A DNA stretch of 64,000 nucleotides, from assembly GCA_029287535.1 (NCBI GenBank), contig JARFQY010000048.1, positions 7,542-71,541 on the forward strand, given 5' to 3'. Under the pieces are notes generated by a model that worked only from the letters and a program-made list of their open reading frames with translations, was not told the DNA's origin and searched no databases. Origin of the DNA: Filomicrobium sp. GTDB lineage: Bacteria; Pseudomonadota; Alphaproteobacteria; Rhizobiales; Hyphomicrobiaceae. A program made the translations under genes and the position numbers. Positions 11,056 to 21,964 of the stretch are shown one piece after another. Position 1 is the stretch's first letter, and every line of letters begins with the position of its first letter.

Positions 11056-12458
11056 GGCTGCTGCTTGCAATCGCCATGGTGCTGCTTGCCGGCCAATCTG
11101 CAATGGCGCAGCTCGAAGACCCGCCGCCGCGGCGCAGTTCCGCGGAGATCACCGCCTACCTGGAACCCAAAGACGGCATTTTCGTCGGACAACTCGTTCG
11201 CCTATGGCTGGAGACCAAATCAACGGGCCGGTTCATCCGCTCGCCACGCTATCCCGACCTCAACATCGACGGCGCGATTGCAATCATGCCCGAACAGCTC
11301 GGCGTCAATTTTAGTGAGGGCCGGGGCGACGACACCTTGATCGGGCAACGTCAACGATATGCGATCATTCCGCAGCGTGCCGGCGACTTCACGATACCAC
11401 CACTAAACATCACCGTGACGATCGCAGACGAGAACAATCAACCAAAAACGATCGAATTGCGCACCGAACAAATAACAATGACGGCGACGATGCCTCCAGG
11501 CGCCAAGGATCTGACATCAATCGTAACGGTTCCAAAAATCACGGTCAGTCAGAAGTACGATGGCGTCTCTGAATCCCCCAAGGCTGGTGACGCAGTCACA
11601 CGAACGATCACCATGAGCGCCGAAGGCACACTGGCGCTGGCACTTCCAAGCATTGTCTTTGCCAAACTCGATGGAACAGAAGTCTATCCCGCCAAAACCA
11701 TCTTTGAAGACAAGATCAACCGGGGCACCTATCGTGCCAAGCGGACGGATGCCGCAACGTACGTATTCAGTAGGGCCGGCCAATTCTCTCTTCCGCCCAT
11801 CAAAGTCACCTGGTTCGACCCCGACACCAAGACCCTCAAAAGTGAAGAGATGCCCGGCAAGGATTTCTCGGTCAAACCCGACCCCTTGGCCAAACAAACC
11901 GAAAAAGTCGAGCCGCAACAAGAGTCCACCTCGTCAGAAATCTCCAGCTTGATTATAACGGCGCTCGAATGGCTGCGAACGAACATCGCCTGGCTAACCT
12001 TGCTGTGTATCGCTTTCTATCTGGTGGTTCTGGTCTGGCAGAAGTATTCGGGGGCCGCCATCCGCGCAACGAGATCTCACATCGACAAGGCCCTGCACTC
12101 TGAGCCCTATTATTTCCTGAAGTTCAGACAGGCCTGCACCAAGGGCGATACCGACCGGGTCGTCACGTCATTCTGGCGTTGGCTGGATTGCCTGACACCG
12201 GAAAACCGCGCTGCGACTGTCGCGTTTCTCGCCAAGCAATCAAGACAAAACGACCCGTTGAGGCCCACAAGAGATTGGCAGCAGGACCGCTACCATGACG
12301 CGTTACTGTCGACCTCCGCTGCGTCCGACACACGCGAGATTTTTCGCATCGTGTCAGGCTTCCGCGACAAGGTGCTGAAGGCAAGATCGCCGTCACACGC
12401 GGCAGGCAAACTGGAGTTGAATCCACGAACTCCAAGCTCCGCGCATTCGCAAACGTAA
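11052..12458 (+). CDS. BatD-like exported/membrane protein
   Basis: ATGA overlap with the TPR gene. Signal peptide MRLLLAIAMVLLAGQSAMA. Late TM segment 'IAWLTLLCIAFYLVVLVW'. Position is last in the Bat-type operon. Confidence 0.65.
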   Translation: MRLLLAIAMVLLAGQSAMAQLEDPPPRRSSAEITAYLEPKDGIFVGQLVRLWLETKSTGRFIRSPRYPDLNIDGAIAIMPEQLGVNFSEGRGDDTLIGQRQRYAIIPQRAGDFTIPPLNITVTIADENNQPKTIELRTEQITMTATMPPGAKDLTSIVTVPKITVSQKYDGVSESPKAGDAVTRTITMSAEGTLALALPSIVFAKLDGTEVYPAKTIFEDKINRGTYRAKRTDAATYVFSRAGQFSLPPIKVTWFDPDTKTLKSEEMPGKDFSVKPDPLAKQTEKVEPQQESTSSEISSLIITALEWLRTNIAWLTLLCIAFYLVVLVWQKYSGAAIRATRSHIDKALHSEPYYFLKFRQACTKGDTDRVVTSFWRWLDCLTPENRAATVAFLAKQSRQNDPLRPTRDWQQDRYHDALLSTSAASDTREIFRIVSGFRDKVLKARSPSHAAGKLELNPRTPSSAHSQT

Positions 12459-12624
12459 CAAGAGCCAGGAGGTGTACAGCGTGAATCACACCCAACTTGC
12501 CCCACTTGCAGCTACGCCTAAGAATTAATTTTGCCGGCAACGGTTTCTATGCAAAATCACCGTCCAACCGAGCGCTATGACTCGGTCAATTTGAGCACCA
12601 AAGCACTTTCAAGGAGGAACTTGT

Positions 12625-14214
12625 ATGTTGTCGCGATGCGTACAGTCGCGGGGTGGCTTGCAGCCTTTGTACCGCAGCCTATTCGCAATGGTTACAGCAC
12701 TATTCTTCGCAGTATCAATCAGCGGCCACGCTGCCGCTCAAGATAAGAAACCGAACATTTTGGTTATTTGGGGCGATGATGTCGGCATCACCAACATCAG
12801 CGCCTACACCATGGGCCTTGTAGGCTACAAAACCCCCAATATCGATCGCATTGCCAAGGAAGGCATGATGTTCACCGACTACTACGGTGAGCAGTCCTGC
12901 ACTGCCGGCCGCTCATCCTACATCATGGGTCAGAGCGTCTTCCGCACCGGCCTGTCAAAAGTCGGCTTGCCCGGCGCCGACCTGGGCATGCAGGAGGAAG
13001 ACCCGACGATCGCCGGCCTCCTCAAGGCGCAAGGTTATGTCACCGGCCAATTTGGCAAAAACCACCTGGGCGACAAGGACGAGCACCTGCCAACCAACCA
13101 CGGCTTCGACGAGTTCTTCGGCAACCTGTATCACCTGAATGCCGAAGAAGAGCCCGAAAACATGGACTATCCCAAGGACCCGAAGTTCAGAGAGCAGTTT
13201 GGTCCACGGGGCGTCATCAAGTCATCAGCCGACGGCAAAATCGAAGATACCGGACCGCTTACCAAAAAGCGCATGGAAACCGTCGACGACGAGACCCTCG
13301 AGGTTGCGCTGAATTTCATCGAACGCGCTCACAAGGCCGGCAAACCGTTTTACGTCTGGTGGAACGGCACCCGCATGCATTTCCGCACCCACGTCAAGGA
13401 TGAGCTGCGCGGCATCTCCGGCCAGGACGAATACGCTGACGGCATGGTTGAACACGATATGCATGTCGGCAAGCTCCTCGCCAAACTCGATGAGCTCGGC
13501 ATCACCGACAACACCATTGTCCATTACTCCACCGACAACGGGCCACACATGAACACCTGGCCCGACGCCGCATGGTCGCCATTCCGCGGCGAAAAGAACA
13601 CCAACTGGGAAGGCGGTTGGCGCGTGCCCTCGATGGTGCGCTGGCCTGGTAAGATCAAAGCTGGTGTCGTCTCCAACAACATCATGCACCACATGGATTG
13701 GCTGCCGACATATCTTGCTGTTGCCGGCGTCCCCGACATCAAGGAACAGCTCCTGAAAGGTGGCGTCAAAGCCATAGGCCGCGAGTACAAGGTCCATCTC
13801 GACGGCTACAACTTCCTGCCGTACCTGACTGGCGAGGCGAAGGAGAGCCCGCGCAAGGAGATCTTCTACTTCTCCGACGACGGGGATCTTACGGCCCTGC
13901 GCTATCAGGATTGGAAAATGATCTTTCTGGAGCAAAAGGCGGAAGCAACGTTGCGTGCCTGGATTGAGCCCTGGACTCCTCTTCGCATTCCGTTGATTTT
14001 CAATCTTCGCCGCGACCCCTACGAGCGCTCCTATTCCACGTCGAACACCTACTACGATTGGTTGCTCGATCGCGCCTTCCTGCTCGTCCCCGCACAGGCC
14101 TACGTCGGAAAATTCCTTGAGACATTCCAAGAGTTTCCACCAAGGCAGAAAGCTGCCAGCTTCTCTCTCGACCAGGTCATGGAGAAACTGCAACGGCCCA
14201 GCGGCGCCCAATAG
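12625..14214 (+). CDS. Arylsulfatase (Cys-type sulfatase family)
   Basis: RBS AAGGAGG upstream of ATG 12625. Signal peptide. 'ILVIWGDDVG', formylglycine motif 'SCTAGRSS' (C-x-A-x-R) and 'GKNHLGD'. Confidence 0.9.
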   Translation: MLSRCVQSRGGLQPLYRSLFAMVTALFFAVSISGHAAAQDKKPNILVIWGDDVGITNISAYTMGLVGYKTPNIDRIAKEGMMFTDYYGEQSCTAGRSSYIMGQSVFRTGLSKVGLPGADLGMQEEDPTIAGLLKAQGYVTGQFGKNHLGDKDEHLPTNHGFDEFFGNLYHLNAEEEPENMDYPKDPKFREQFGPRGVIKSSADGKIEDTGPLTKKRMETVDDETLEVALNFIERAHKAGKPFYVWWNGTRMHFRTHVKDELRGISGQDEYADGMVEHDMHVGKLLAKLDELGITDNTIVHYSTDNGPHMNTWPDAAWSPFRGEKNTNWEGGWRVPSMVRWPGKIKAGVVSNNIMHHMDWLPTYLAVAGVPDIKEQLLKGGVKAIGREYKVHLDGYNFLPYLTGEAKESPRKEIFYFSDDGDLTALRYQDWKMIFLEQKAEATLRAWIEPWTPLRIPLIFNLRRDPYERSYSTSNTYYDWLLDRAFLLVPAQAYVGKFLETFQEFPPRQKAASFSLDQVMEKLQRPSGAQ

Positions 14215-14241
14215 CACAATCGCGGCCTCTACCAGAAACTC

Positions 14242-14268
14242 AAAAGGCGGGGAATTCCCCGCCTTTTT
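14242..14268 (+). terminator. Rho-independent (bidirectional-looking) terminator after the sulfatase gene
   Basis: Perfect hairpin AAAAGGCGGGG-AATT-CCCCGCCTTTT followed by a T-run. Confidence 0.7.
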
Positions 14269-14421
14269 CGTTCCCGACTCGGGAACTTGAGCTCGAATGA
14301 CAACTCCAAACACAGTTCAAAACGCGATCGGAAGCCGCGAACATCTGGATATGGGTGGCCAGCGGGACTAACTCTCGACTAGGCTGCCAAGCACATTGCC
14401 CCACCCAGTTCGAGGCCACGC

Positions 14422-15354
14422 ATGACAAAAGTCGCTGTCCAGATGGACCCGCCCGAGACAATCAACATCAAGGGCGACACGACGTTCGCCTTGATGGCGG
14501 AAGCACAGTCCCGTGGCCTCGAAGTCCACGAGTTCCATCCGACCTCTCTGGCCATAGAGAATGGCGACATCACCGCGCGCCTGCGCACCGCGCAAGTTCA
14601 TCCCGACAGATCCGAAGCCCCTTTCACGCTGGGCGAGCCCACCCGCCGGCAGCTGAGCGAATTCGCCGTGGTCCTCATCCGCCAGGACCCGCCCTTCGAC
14701 ATGGCCTATTATTCGAACACCTGCCTGTTGGAGTTGCTGCCTCCGGCAACGCGCGTTCTCAATAACCCGCGTGCGATCCGCAATACCCCGGAGAAGTTGA
14801 GCGCACTCGCCTTCCCTCACCTGATGGCCTCGACGCTCATCTCCCACGACCGCGACCACATCGCCGAATTCGCCCGCCGCACGGGGGAAGTCGTCTTGAA
14901 ACCATTGTCCCTGTTTGGCGGCGAAATGATTGTCCGCAGCAATATCGACGACCCGGAGTTCTTCCACCACGTCGACACGCTGCTCGCCCACTCCGCCGAA
15001 CCCATCGTCGCCCAGGAGTTCCTGCCCAACGTCAAGGACACCGACAAGCGAGTCATGATGCTGGAAGGCGAAGTCGCCGGTGTCTTGGGTCGCATTCCCG
15101 CCGAGGGCAACTTTGTTGCCAACATTCATTCCGGCGGCCGCCCTGTGCTGAGTTCGCTCACCCCGAAGGAGGAGGAAGTCTGCCAGCAGGTCGGTGCCAA
15201 GCTCAAGGAATGGGATGTGTTCTTTGCAGGCCTGGACCTGATCGACGATCGTCTGTCTGAGATCAACGTCACCTCGCCGACTTTAACGGTCGAGCTGAAG
15301 GCCGTAGGCGGACCCGATATACCCAAACTCTATTGGGATAAGATTCTGGCTTAG
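14422..15354 (+). CDS. gshB: Glutathione synthetase
   Basis: N-terminus 'KVAVQMDPPETINIKGDTTFALMAEAQSRG', 'VLIRQDPPFDMAY', and ATP-grasp C-terminal half 'ANIHSGG...LDLI...LSEINVTSPT'. Confidence 0.92.
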   Translation: MTKVAVQMDPPETINIKGDTTFALMAEAQSRGLEVHEFHPTSLAIENGDITARLRTAQVHPDRSEAPFTLGEPTRRQLSEFAVVLIRQDPPFDMAYYSNTCLLELLPPATRVLNNPRAIRNTPEKLSALAFPHLMASTLISHDRDHIAEFARRTGEVVLKPLSLFGGEMIVRSNIDDPEFFHHVDTLLAHSAEPIVAQEFLPNVKDTDKRVMMLEGEVAGVLGRIPAEGNFVANIHSGGRPVLSSLTPKEEEVCQQVGAKLKEWDVFFAGLDLIDDRLSEINVTSPTLTVELKAVGGPDIPKLYWDKILA

Positions 15355-15388
15355 CTCACAGCGGCCGGCGCAAGCGCCGCACCGCGCA

Positions 15389-16450
15389 TTACTCCGCTGG
15401 CACCAAGCTGGACTGGCCGGAGGTCTGCCGTTGCAGCGCGGCCGATGTCAGCAGAGCCCCCGCGATCATTGAGGCGAGAGCCAGCATCGCGCCGATGCTC
15501 AGCATACCGACACCCGACAACCCGGCTCCGATGGTGCAACCGCCTGCCAGAACGCCGCCAACGCCCATCAAGAGGCCGCCGGCGAGGTAGTTGCCCGTCG
15601 GCGTGTCACGGTTGAAGCCAACTAGCCTGAAGTCACCAAATAGCACCGAAGCCAGTAGGCTGCCGGCAAGCACGCCGCCAATAAAGCCGACACCGAACCC
15701 GGGGTCGGTCGCGGTCCCGGCCACCGTCCAGAACAGCGTCTCCGTGGCAGGAAGCGTGAACGCAAGCCCCTGCAATGAGATTGGATCGAACTCATCATAA
15801 AGGATGTAGCCGGTGCCCACCCAGGCGAGCGGGATGAGCGCGCCGATCAAGGCACCCATGGCCAGCTGGGCCCAGCTCGCTCCCGAGCGAACGACAACGA
15901 CCATCAGCAGTGCAACCAAGAGCGCAGCCGGAATGACCGCGTTACCGAACATTGCAGCAAGGGTCGCCGGTTGACCGAGATCGACGGAGAAATCTCCAAG
16001 CCACGTCCGCGCCGGCGCCAAAACACCCTTGAGCGTGGCGTGAGCGGCAACGGCAAACACCAGTATCGTTATCAGCGCCCGCAGATTCCCGGTGGCGGCA
16101 AGAACAGTTAGTCGCGACGCACAACCACGTGCCAACACCATGCCGGCACCAAACATCAATCCTCCGGCGATAATGGCCGCGAGCGGAAGACTGTCGCTTT
16201 GCAGACGGTGAGATGAGAAATCGACAAAGCCATAAACGGAGGCCGCCGTGGTCCCGGCGATCGAGACCGCAAGCGCCATCAGCCATGTGCCAAGAGCTGA
16301 GCTGCGCTCTGCCTCGGGACCAACCAGCCCGCGCCGCAAACAAAACCGCGACCTCTGAGCAAGGAACCCGAATGCCACACCAATGAGAAGGCCAAAAACG
16401 ACAGACGCCGCAAGCGGCGCCCAACCTTCAAGCCCCAGCTCCTCGAACAT
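15389..16450 (-). CDS. YeeE/YedE-family (sulfur-compound) transporter
   Basis: Polytopic membrane protein with duplicated family motifs 'AQRSRFCLRR' and 'LAGGCTIGAG'. Start at ATG 16450 with GGAAGG 6 nt upstream. Confidence 0.85.
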   Translation of the reverse strand: MFEELGLEGWAPLAASVVFGLLIGVAFGFLAQRSRFCLRRGLVGPEAERSSALGTWLMALAVSIAGTTAASVYGFVDFSSHRLQSDSLPLAAIIAGGLMFGAGMVLARGCASRLTVLAATGNLRALITILVFAVAAHATLKGVLAPARTWLGDFSVDLGQPATLAAMFGNAVIPAALLVALLMVVVVRSGASWAQLAMGALIGALIPLAWVGTGYILYDEFDPISLQGLAFTLPATETLFWTVAGTATDPGFGVGFIGGVLAGSLLASVLFGDFRLVGFNRDTPTGNYLAGGLLMGVGGVLAGGCTIGAGLSGVGMLSIGAMLALASMIAGALLTSAALQRQTSGQSSLVPAE

Positions 16451-16869
16451 GATGCCTTCCACCGCTTATGATTCAATCGTCAAAGAACTATCGAATATGG
16501 CAAATTTTTTCAATTTTTCCCGCCCCGAACCCACAAATAAGGAAAATATTCTGCACAAGCCTGCACTGCAGTAGACTTCGTGCTCCTAACCCGCCATCCA
16601 TGAAACGCCATTCGACATTTTGAGCTTCGCCCGGAACTTTCCTTTCTTCGCCAAAAGAATGAGCACAAGTCGGTTGGTTGGCCCAAAATGGCGTTGCATG
16701 CCTGCGTCAAGCTGCACTACAGGCAAGTGGATAGAGCCACTCAAATTGACCGTGAATCGCTTTATGACTGACACCACGGCAAAGACGAAAAGCAAGACCA
16801 GGGCTTTATGGCGATGTTGCAAGTGGCTGCGCGATGCGTGGACTGGCCGTACAGGGGGAGATAACAGTC

Positions 16870-18426
16870 ATGCTCTTCACGAGGCGCTTCAATTCCGCCG
16901 CCCGAGTCATTGACGCCGGCATGCAACCTGTCGGCGTCATAGATATCGGCTCAAACTCGGTGAGATTGGTTGTTTACGAGGGGCCCCTGAGAGCTCCAAC
17001 CCCGGTTTTCAACGAAAAAGAACTTTGTGGCCTTGGTCGGCACGTCGCGACGTCTGGTTGCTTGGGAGAAGACGCCGTCCACTGCGCATTGACCGCCTTA
17101 CAACGTTTTCGAAGCATCGCTGACGTATTGAACGTCAGCGTTCTCAAGGTGATCGCAACCGCCGCTGTCCGCGACGCCGATGACGGCGGGAAATTCATCA
17201 CCGAGGCAGAAAGAATTTGCCGCGTTCCCGTGCAAGTCCTGACCGGCGAGGAAGAAGCACGGATTTCCGCACAGGGCCTCATGATGGGGATTCCCGATGC
17301 GGACGGCATCGCCGCCGACCTTGGCGGCGGCAGCGTCGAATTGGTCGACATCAAACAAGGCCAGATCATCGATACCGCGACACTCCCGCTTGGCGGGCTA
17401 CGCCTGATCGACATGACTGGCGGCAGGATCGAAAAAGCCACCGAGATCATTGATAAAGCACTGTCAGAGATTCCGTGGCTCAAAAACGGTCGCCGCCGGT
17501 GCTTCTACGCCGTCGGCGGAACCTGGCGCGCCTTCGCCAAAATGTACATGGCGGGTTCGGACTACCCCTTGAACGTCATGCACGAGTTTGAACTACCGCA
17601 GGATAAGGTCCTGACCTTTGCCGAGAAGCTGCGCAAGCCCAAGCGCCTCATGACGATGCCGGGCAACTCCGAAATATCCAGGCCGCGCAAGGAAGTGTTG
17701 CCATACGGCGCGCTTCTCATGGAGCGACTGCTCCTGAAGATCGAACCCCGATCCGTGCTGTTCTCTGTTTTCGGCGTTCGGGAAGGAATCTTCTACTCCC
17801 TGCTCGACGAAGCCGAACAGGCCAAGGACCCTCTGCTGAGCTACTGCAAGCGGCTTGCTGATCTCTACGCGCGCAGCTCCGAGCATGCCGAGGAACTCTG
17901 CGTCTGGACCGACCAGCTGTTCAATCACCCAGAACTACAGGAAACAGATGAAGAGCGCCGTCTGCGCCATGCCGCCTGTCTGATCTCCGACATCGGCTGG
18001 CGTGCCCACCCCGACTACCGCGGGGAACAAAGCCTCGACGCGGTCGCACATTCGGCCTTGAGCGGCATCGACCATCCAGGCCGGATCTTCCTGGCACTTT
18101 CAATCTATTTCCGCCACGCTGGCCGCGGCGAGCTCGAAGGCGAAAAACTATCTGTCCGCCTGCGCAAGGCTGCAAGCAAACGCTCATTGAGACGCGCCCG
18201 GATTGTTGGCGCGGCCGTGCGCTCAGCCCACATGCTATCCATTGGGATGGCAGGCAAAATCCTGGATACCCAGCTGAGTTATCAAGGAGATACGCTTACG
18301 TGGCGCATCCCCAAAGCGTATGCCAATCTTGACGGCGCACGTCTGCGCCGTCGCTTTGCAACCCTGGCGAGCCTCATCGATTGCTCAGGAGAAATACAGT
18401 TCTCGGATGAGCTCAAAACGAAATAA
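16870..18426 (+). CDS. ppx: Exopolyphosphatase (Ppx/GppA family)
   Basis: 'GVIDIGSNSVRLVVYE' and 'DLGGGSVEL' ASKHA motifs. Start at ATG 16870 preceded by GGGGGAG. Confidence 0.88.
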   Translation: MLFTRRFNSAARVIDAGMQPVGVIDIGSNSVRLVVYEGPLRAPTPVFNEKELCGLGRHVATSGCLGEDAVHCALTALQRFRSIADVLNVSVLKVIATAAVRDADDGGKFITEAERICRVPVQVLTGEEEARISAQGLMMGIPDADGIAADLGGGSVELVDIKQGQIIDTATLPLGGLRLIDMTGGRIEKATEIIDKALSEIPWLKNGRRRCFYAVGGTWRAFAKMYMAGSDYPLNVMHEFELPQDKVLTFAEKLRKPKRLMTMPGNSEISRPRKEVLPYGALLMERLLLKIEPRSVLFSVFGVREGIFYSLLDEAEQAKDPLLSYCKRLADLYARSSEHAEELCVWTDQLFNHPELQETDEERRLRHAACLISDIGWRAHPDYRGEQSLDAVAHSALSGIDHPGRIFLALSIYFRHAGRGELEGEKLSVRLRKAASKRSLRRARIVGAAVRSAHMLSIGMAGKILDTQLSYQGDTLTWRIPKAYANLDGARLRRRFATLASLIDCSGEIQFSDELKTK

Positions 18427-18637
18427 ATTAGATCGAAACTTACCATCCAACCGGTCCAGTGCTCAGGCTTGCCACAATCTGATCGCATGAAGTGTAGTTG
18501 CGGGGCTGCTTCGTTGCCCTTTGCGTATCCTCGAGACTCAATATGCTCGTTCTCGATCTAAGAGTTCGCTCGTGCGACTTGTACGGCCGGCGCGAATTCC
18601 CTTTCGGAACGCGAGAACACTTCTAGGGGGCACATCA

Positions 18638-19552
18638 GTGAACGCGGTAGACCCGTACGCGACATTGGGTGTTTCGCGCGATGCCGGCGAAGATGAGATC
18701 CGGCGCGCGTTTCGCAAGTTGGCCAAAGAGCTGCATCCCGACCTGCACCCGCAGGATTCCGCGGCGGCGGAACGCTTCAAGAGGGTGTCGGCTGCTTATG
18801 ATATTCTGGGCGATCCCCCGAAGCGTCGTCAGTTCGATTCAGGGCAGATTGACGCCAGCGGAGAACCACGCCGTTCGCATCGCCAGCAATACGCCAATGC
18901 CCACGCCGCACCGGGCGGTTATGCCGCGGACTTCAGTGGCATCTTCGACGACATGTTTGCCTCCCACTACACCCAGCACAACGGTCATCGCACCGCCAGC
19001 AGCAATTCAAGCAGCTTTTCCCGCCGGGGCCAGGATGTGCGCTACACCCTGGAGGTCGACTTCGTTGAAGCTGTCACCGGCGTAAAGAAGCGCGTCACCA
19101 TGCCGGAAGGCGGCGTCCTTGATCTTGCCGTCCCGGAAGGCGTTTCAAACGGTCAGGTCTTGCGACTGCGCGGCAAGGGCGGCCTCGGGCTCCTCGGTGG
19201 TGAGGCGGGCGATGCGCTGGTTGAAATCAAAATCCGCCCTCATCCGCGTTTCACCCGCGACGAACTCAACATCCTCTGCGAAGTACCGATCACCCTCGAC
19301 GAAGCCATACTCGGCGGCAAGATCGAAGTGGCGACCATCGGGAGCCGGGTGCAACTCGCCTTGCCCAAAGGGACCTCGTCAGGACGAATGTTCCGTCTCA
19401 AAGGGAAGGGCGTTCGCAACGCCAAGACAGGCGAGTTCGGCGACCAGATCGTGACTGTGCGGATTGTCGTGCCTGACGAGGTCGACGACGAGCTTGCCTA
19501 TTTCTTCACGCAGTGGAAACAGCGCCGCGGCTATGACCCCGGCCCTCGCTAG
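18638..19552 (+). CDS. J-domain co-chaperone (CbpA/DnaJ class-B-like, no zinc finger)
   Basis: GTG start at 18638 with AGGGGG 7 nt upstream. J domain 'DPYATLGV...LAKELHPDLHP' (HPD). DnaJ C-terminal domains 'VRYTLEVDFVEAVTG'. No CxxCxGxG repeats. Confidence 0.85.
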   Translation: MNAVDPYATLGVSRDAGEDEIRRAFRKLAKELHPDLHPQDSAAAERFKRVSAAYDILGDPPKRRQFDSGQIDASGEPRRSHRQQYANAHAAPGGYAADFSGIFDDMFASHYTQHNGHRTASSNSSSFSRRGQDVRYTLEVDFVEAVTGVKKRVTMPEGGVLDLAVPEGVSNGQVLRLRGKGGLGLLGGEAGDALVEIKIRPHPRFTRDELNILCEVPITLDEAILGGKIEVATIGSRVQLALPKGTSSGRMFRLKGKGVRNAKTGEFGDQIVTVRIVVPDEVDDELAYFFTQWKQRRGYDPGPR

Positions 19553-19563
19553 CACACGCGATC

Positions 19564-21789
19564 TCAGCTCTTGCGCTTATGCGAAACGTGCACTTTTGGC
19601 GGGCCGTCCTTGAGGGCGGCCTCACCGCGTCCCGATAGGCTCGGATTGGTCACGAAGTAGGCATGCGCATTGAACGGTTCCTCGCCCTCTCCGGGCTTGA
19701 TCCGCAAGGCATCGCCATCCGACAGAATCTGCCAGCTTTGCTGGTTATCCTTCAGGTTCGCCACCATGATCTGATTGAGCACCTGCTCATGCGTCGTCGG
19801 GTTGAGCACGGGCGCCATGGCTTCGACCCGCCGATCAAGGTTCCTTGGCATCAAATCAGCTGATGAAATATAGACCGCTGCCTCCGGCGACGGCAGCCCT
19901 TGACCGCGGCCGAAGCAGTAGATGCGAGAATGCTCGAGAAAGCGCCCGATGATACTTTTGACGCGAATTCTCTCTGACATGCCGGGCACACCCGGCCGGA
20001 GGCAGCAAATACCCCTCACGATGAGATCGATTTCGACGCCCGCTTCACTCGCCTCGTACAGCGCCTCGATGATTCTCTGGTCGACCAGTGAATTCATCTT
20101 CATCCAAACCGCTGCCGGACGCCCAGCACGCGCGTGAGCCATTTCCTCGCGCAGATGATCGACAATGCGATCGCGAATCCCGTGCGGGCTAGCGGCCATG
20201 AGTTCAAGTTTGCCCGGCTCGCCATATCCGGTCACGAAGTTAAGAACTCGCGTTACATCTTGGGCGATTGCCGCGTCGTCGGTAAACAACGAAAGGTCGG
20301 TGTAGACTTTCGCGGTCTGTGGATGGTAGTTGCCGGTGCCGATATGCGAATAGGTGACAAGATCATTGCCTTCGCGCCGGACAATAATGCCGAGCTTGGC
20401 ATGCGTTTTCAGCTCGATGAAGCCATACACCACATGCACGCCGGCGTTTTCCAGGTCGCGTGCCCAGCGGATGTTGGCAGCCTCATCAAACCGGGCTTTC
20501 AGCTCGACGACCGCCGTGACCGACTTGCCGGCCTCGACCGCGTCCTTCAACGCTTCCACGATCGGTGAATCCTTGGACGTCCGGTAAAGCGTCCATTTGA
20601 TTGCCATGACGTTGGGGTCGTTGACGGCCTGGCGCAGATACTGAACAACGACATCAAAGGACTCGTAGGGGTGATGAACCACGAAGTCCTTGGCCTTGAT
20701 GGTGGCAAAAACGTTGCCTTCATACTCCCGCACACGCTCGGGATAGCGAATGTTGAACGGCTTGAACAACATATCGGGCCGCTCCGATACGATGAGCTGC
20801 GAGATATCCGCAAACCCGAGCAGGCCCTTTTTGACGAAAACTGCCGGCTCCCCCACCTCCAGTTCTTCGATGACGAAACGGCGCAGCTCGGGCGCCATGC
20901 GCGCATCAAGCTCCAGACGTATGACATGACCGCGCCGCCTCCGCTTGAGCAGGTTTTCGAAGGTCTGGACCAGGTCCTCCGCTTCTTCTTCAAGTTCGAT
21001 GTCACTGTCGCGCAAGACGCGGAACGCACCTTTGGCATCCACGACAAACCGTGGGAAGAGCTCCGTAATATACATCCCGATAACATCTTCGACGGGAATG
21101 AACCGGATCTCACCCTTCCTGTCCTGTGACGGTATAAGCCGGATAAAGCGGTCGAGTTGACTGGGGATCGGGACAAGGCCGTTCTGCCGCCGATCCTTCG
21201 TCTCGTGATGCATCAGGGCGGCGAGCGTCAGTCCCTTGTTCAAGATGAAGGGAAATGGATGCGCCGGATCCACTGCGATCGGCGTTAGGATCGGAAAGAT
21301 ATGATTGTAGAACTCCTGACCAATCCACGCTTGTTCCGCCTCATTGAGATCATCTGGACCAACGATCGAGATCCCATTGGCTTGCAATTCTCGTCCGAGG
21401 CTCGCCCAGCACTTTTGCTTGCGCTCGACCAGATCGGCTGCAAAGGCGTTGATGCGCTCGAGCTGCTGCGCCGGCGTCAGGCCGTCCTGCGACAGCGTCG
21501 TTACGCCGTTTACGATCTGCCCCTGAATGCCGGCCACACGCACCATGTAGAATTCATCGAGGTTCGAGGCCGAGATCGAAAGAAACCTGAGGCGCTCCAG
21601 TAGCGGGTGATGTTTGTTGCTGGCTTCCTCGAGAACACGTGAATTGAACTGCAGCCAGGAGAGCTCCCGGTTGTAGTAGCGCTCTGGCCCCTCAGGCGCT
21701 TTGGTCCGCTTCGACTTGTTGTCCGTCGGGCGTTTAACAGCCGGCTTCTTCACCACCTTGGACTCGGACATTCGCCGGGCCGCCGTCAT
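19564..21789 (-). CDS. ppk: Polyphosphate kinase 1
   Basis: 741 aa. '[19 protein letters not shown]', '[19 protein letters not shown]', and PLD-like 'KTHAKL' and 'RFLEHSRIY'. RBS GGAGAG. Confidence 0.95.
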   Translation of the reverse strand: MTAARRMSESKVVKKPAVKRPTDNKSKRTKAPEGPERYYNRELSWLQFNSRVLEEASNKHHPLLERLRFLSISASNLDEFYMVRVAGIQGQIVNGVTTLSQDGLTPAQQLERINAFAADLVERKQKCWASLGRELQANGISIVGPDDLNEAEQAWIGQEFYNHIFPILTPIAVDPAHPFPFILNKGLTLAALMHHETKDRRQNGLVPIPSQLDRFIRLIPSQDRKGEIRFIPVEDVIGMYITELFPRFVVDAKGAFRVLRDSDIELEEEAEDLVQTFENLLKRRRRGHVIRLELDARMAPELRRFVIEELEVGEPAVFVKKGLLGFADISQLIVSERPDMLFKPFNIRYPERVREYEGNVFATIKAKDFVVHHPYESFDVVVQYLRQAVNDPNVMAIKWTLYRTSKDSPIVEALKDAVEAGKSVTAVVELKARFDEAANIRWARDLENAGVHVVYGFIELKTHAKLGIIVRREGNDLVTYSHIGTGNYHPQTAKVYTDLSLFTDDAAIAQDVTRVLNFVTGYGEPGKLELMAASPHGIRDRIVDHLREEMAHARAGRPAAVWMKMNSLVDQRIIEALYEASEAGVEIDLIVRGICCLRPGVPGMSERIRVKSIIGRFLEHSRIYCFGRGQGLPSPEAAVYISSADLMPRNLDRRVEAMAPVLNPTTHEQVLNQIMVANLKDNQQSWQILSDGDALRIKPGEGEEPFNAHAYFVTNPSLSGRGEAALKDGPPKVHVSHKRKS

Positions 21790-21964
21790 TACGTCTCTCC
21801 TCGATTTGCAAAACCGGCCAACTTACAATGAGCCGCCCACCGGCACCCATTCTCCAAAATCTAGTGTCTTGCGTAGATGTGCCAAACAATCATTGCAGTG
21901 ATATAAACGCCGGCCCGCAGGATACCCAGTCGTATTTGCCATTACTGTCTACGGTCCGGGTTAA

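Noticed and set aside
5948-12458. The MoxR/DUF58/VWA/TPR/BatD operon as a possible novel or defence system.
   Set aside because: Its composition and order match the long-known Bat (aerotolerance-type) MoxR-VWA operon. No nuclease, protease or effector genes are attached.
12625-14214. Sulfatase without an adjacent formylglycine-generating enzyme or anSME maturase.
   Set aside because: Maturases are frequently encoded elsewhere, and C-T-A-G-R is within the accepted (C/S)-x-(P/A)-x-R motif. This is not unusual.
13225-14313. 362-aa ORF on the minus strand.
   Set aside because: It is antisense to the sulfatase gene and has no recognisable motif. Shadow ORF.
16586-16822. 78-aa minus-strand ORF, and other small ORFs, in the yeeE-ppx intergenic region.
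   Set aside because: There are no RBS or motif features and the composition is atypical. The evidence is insufficient to call a gene.
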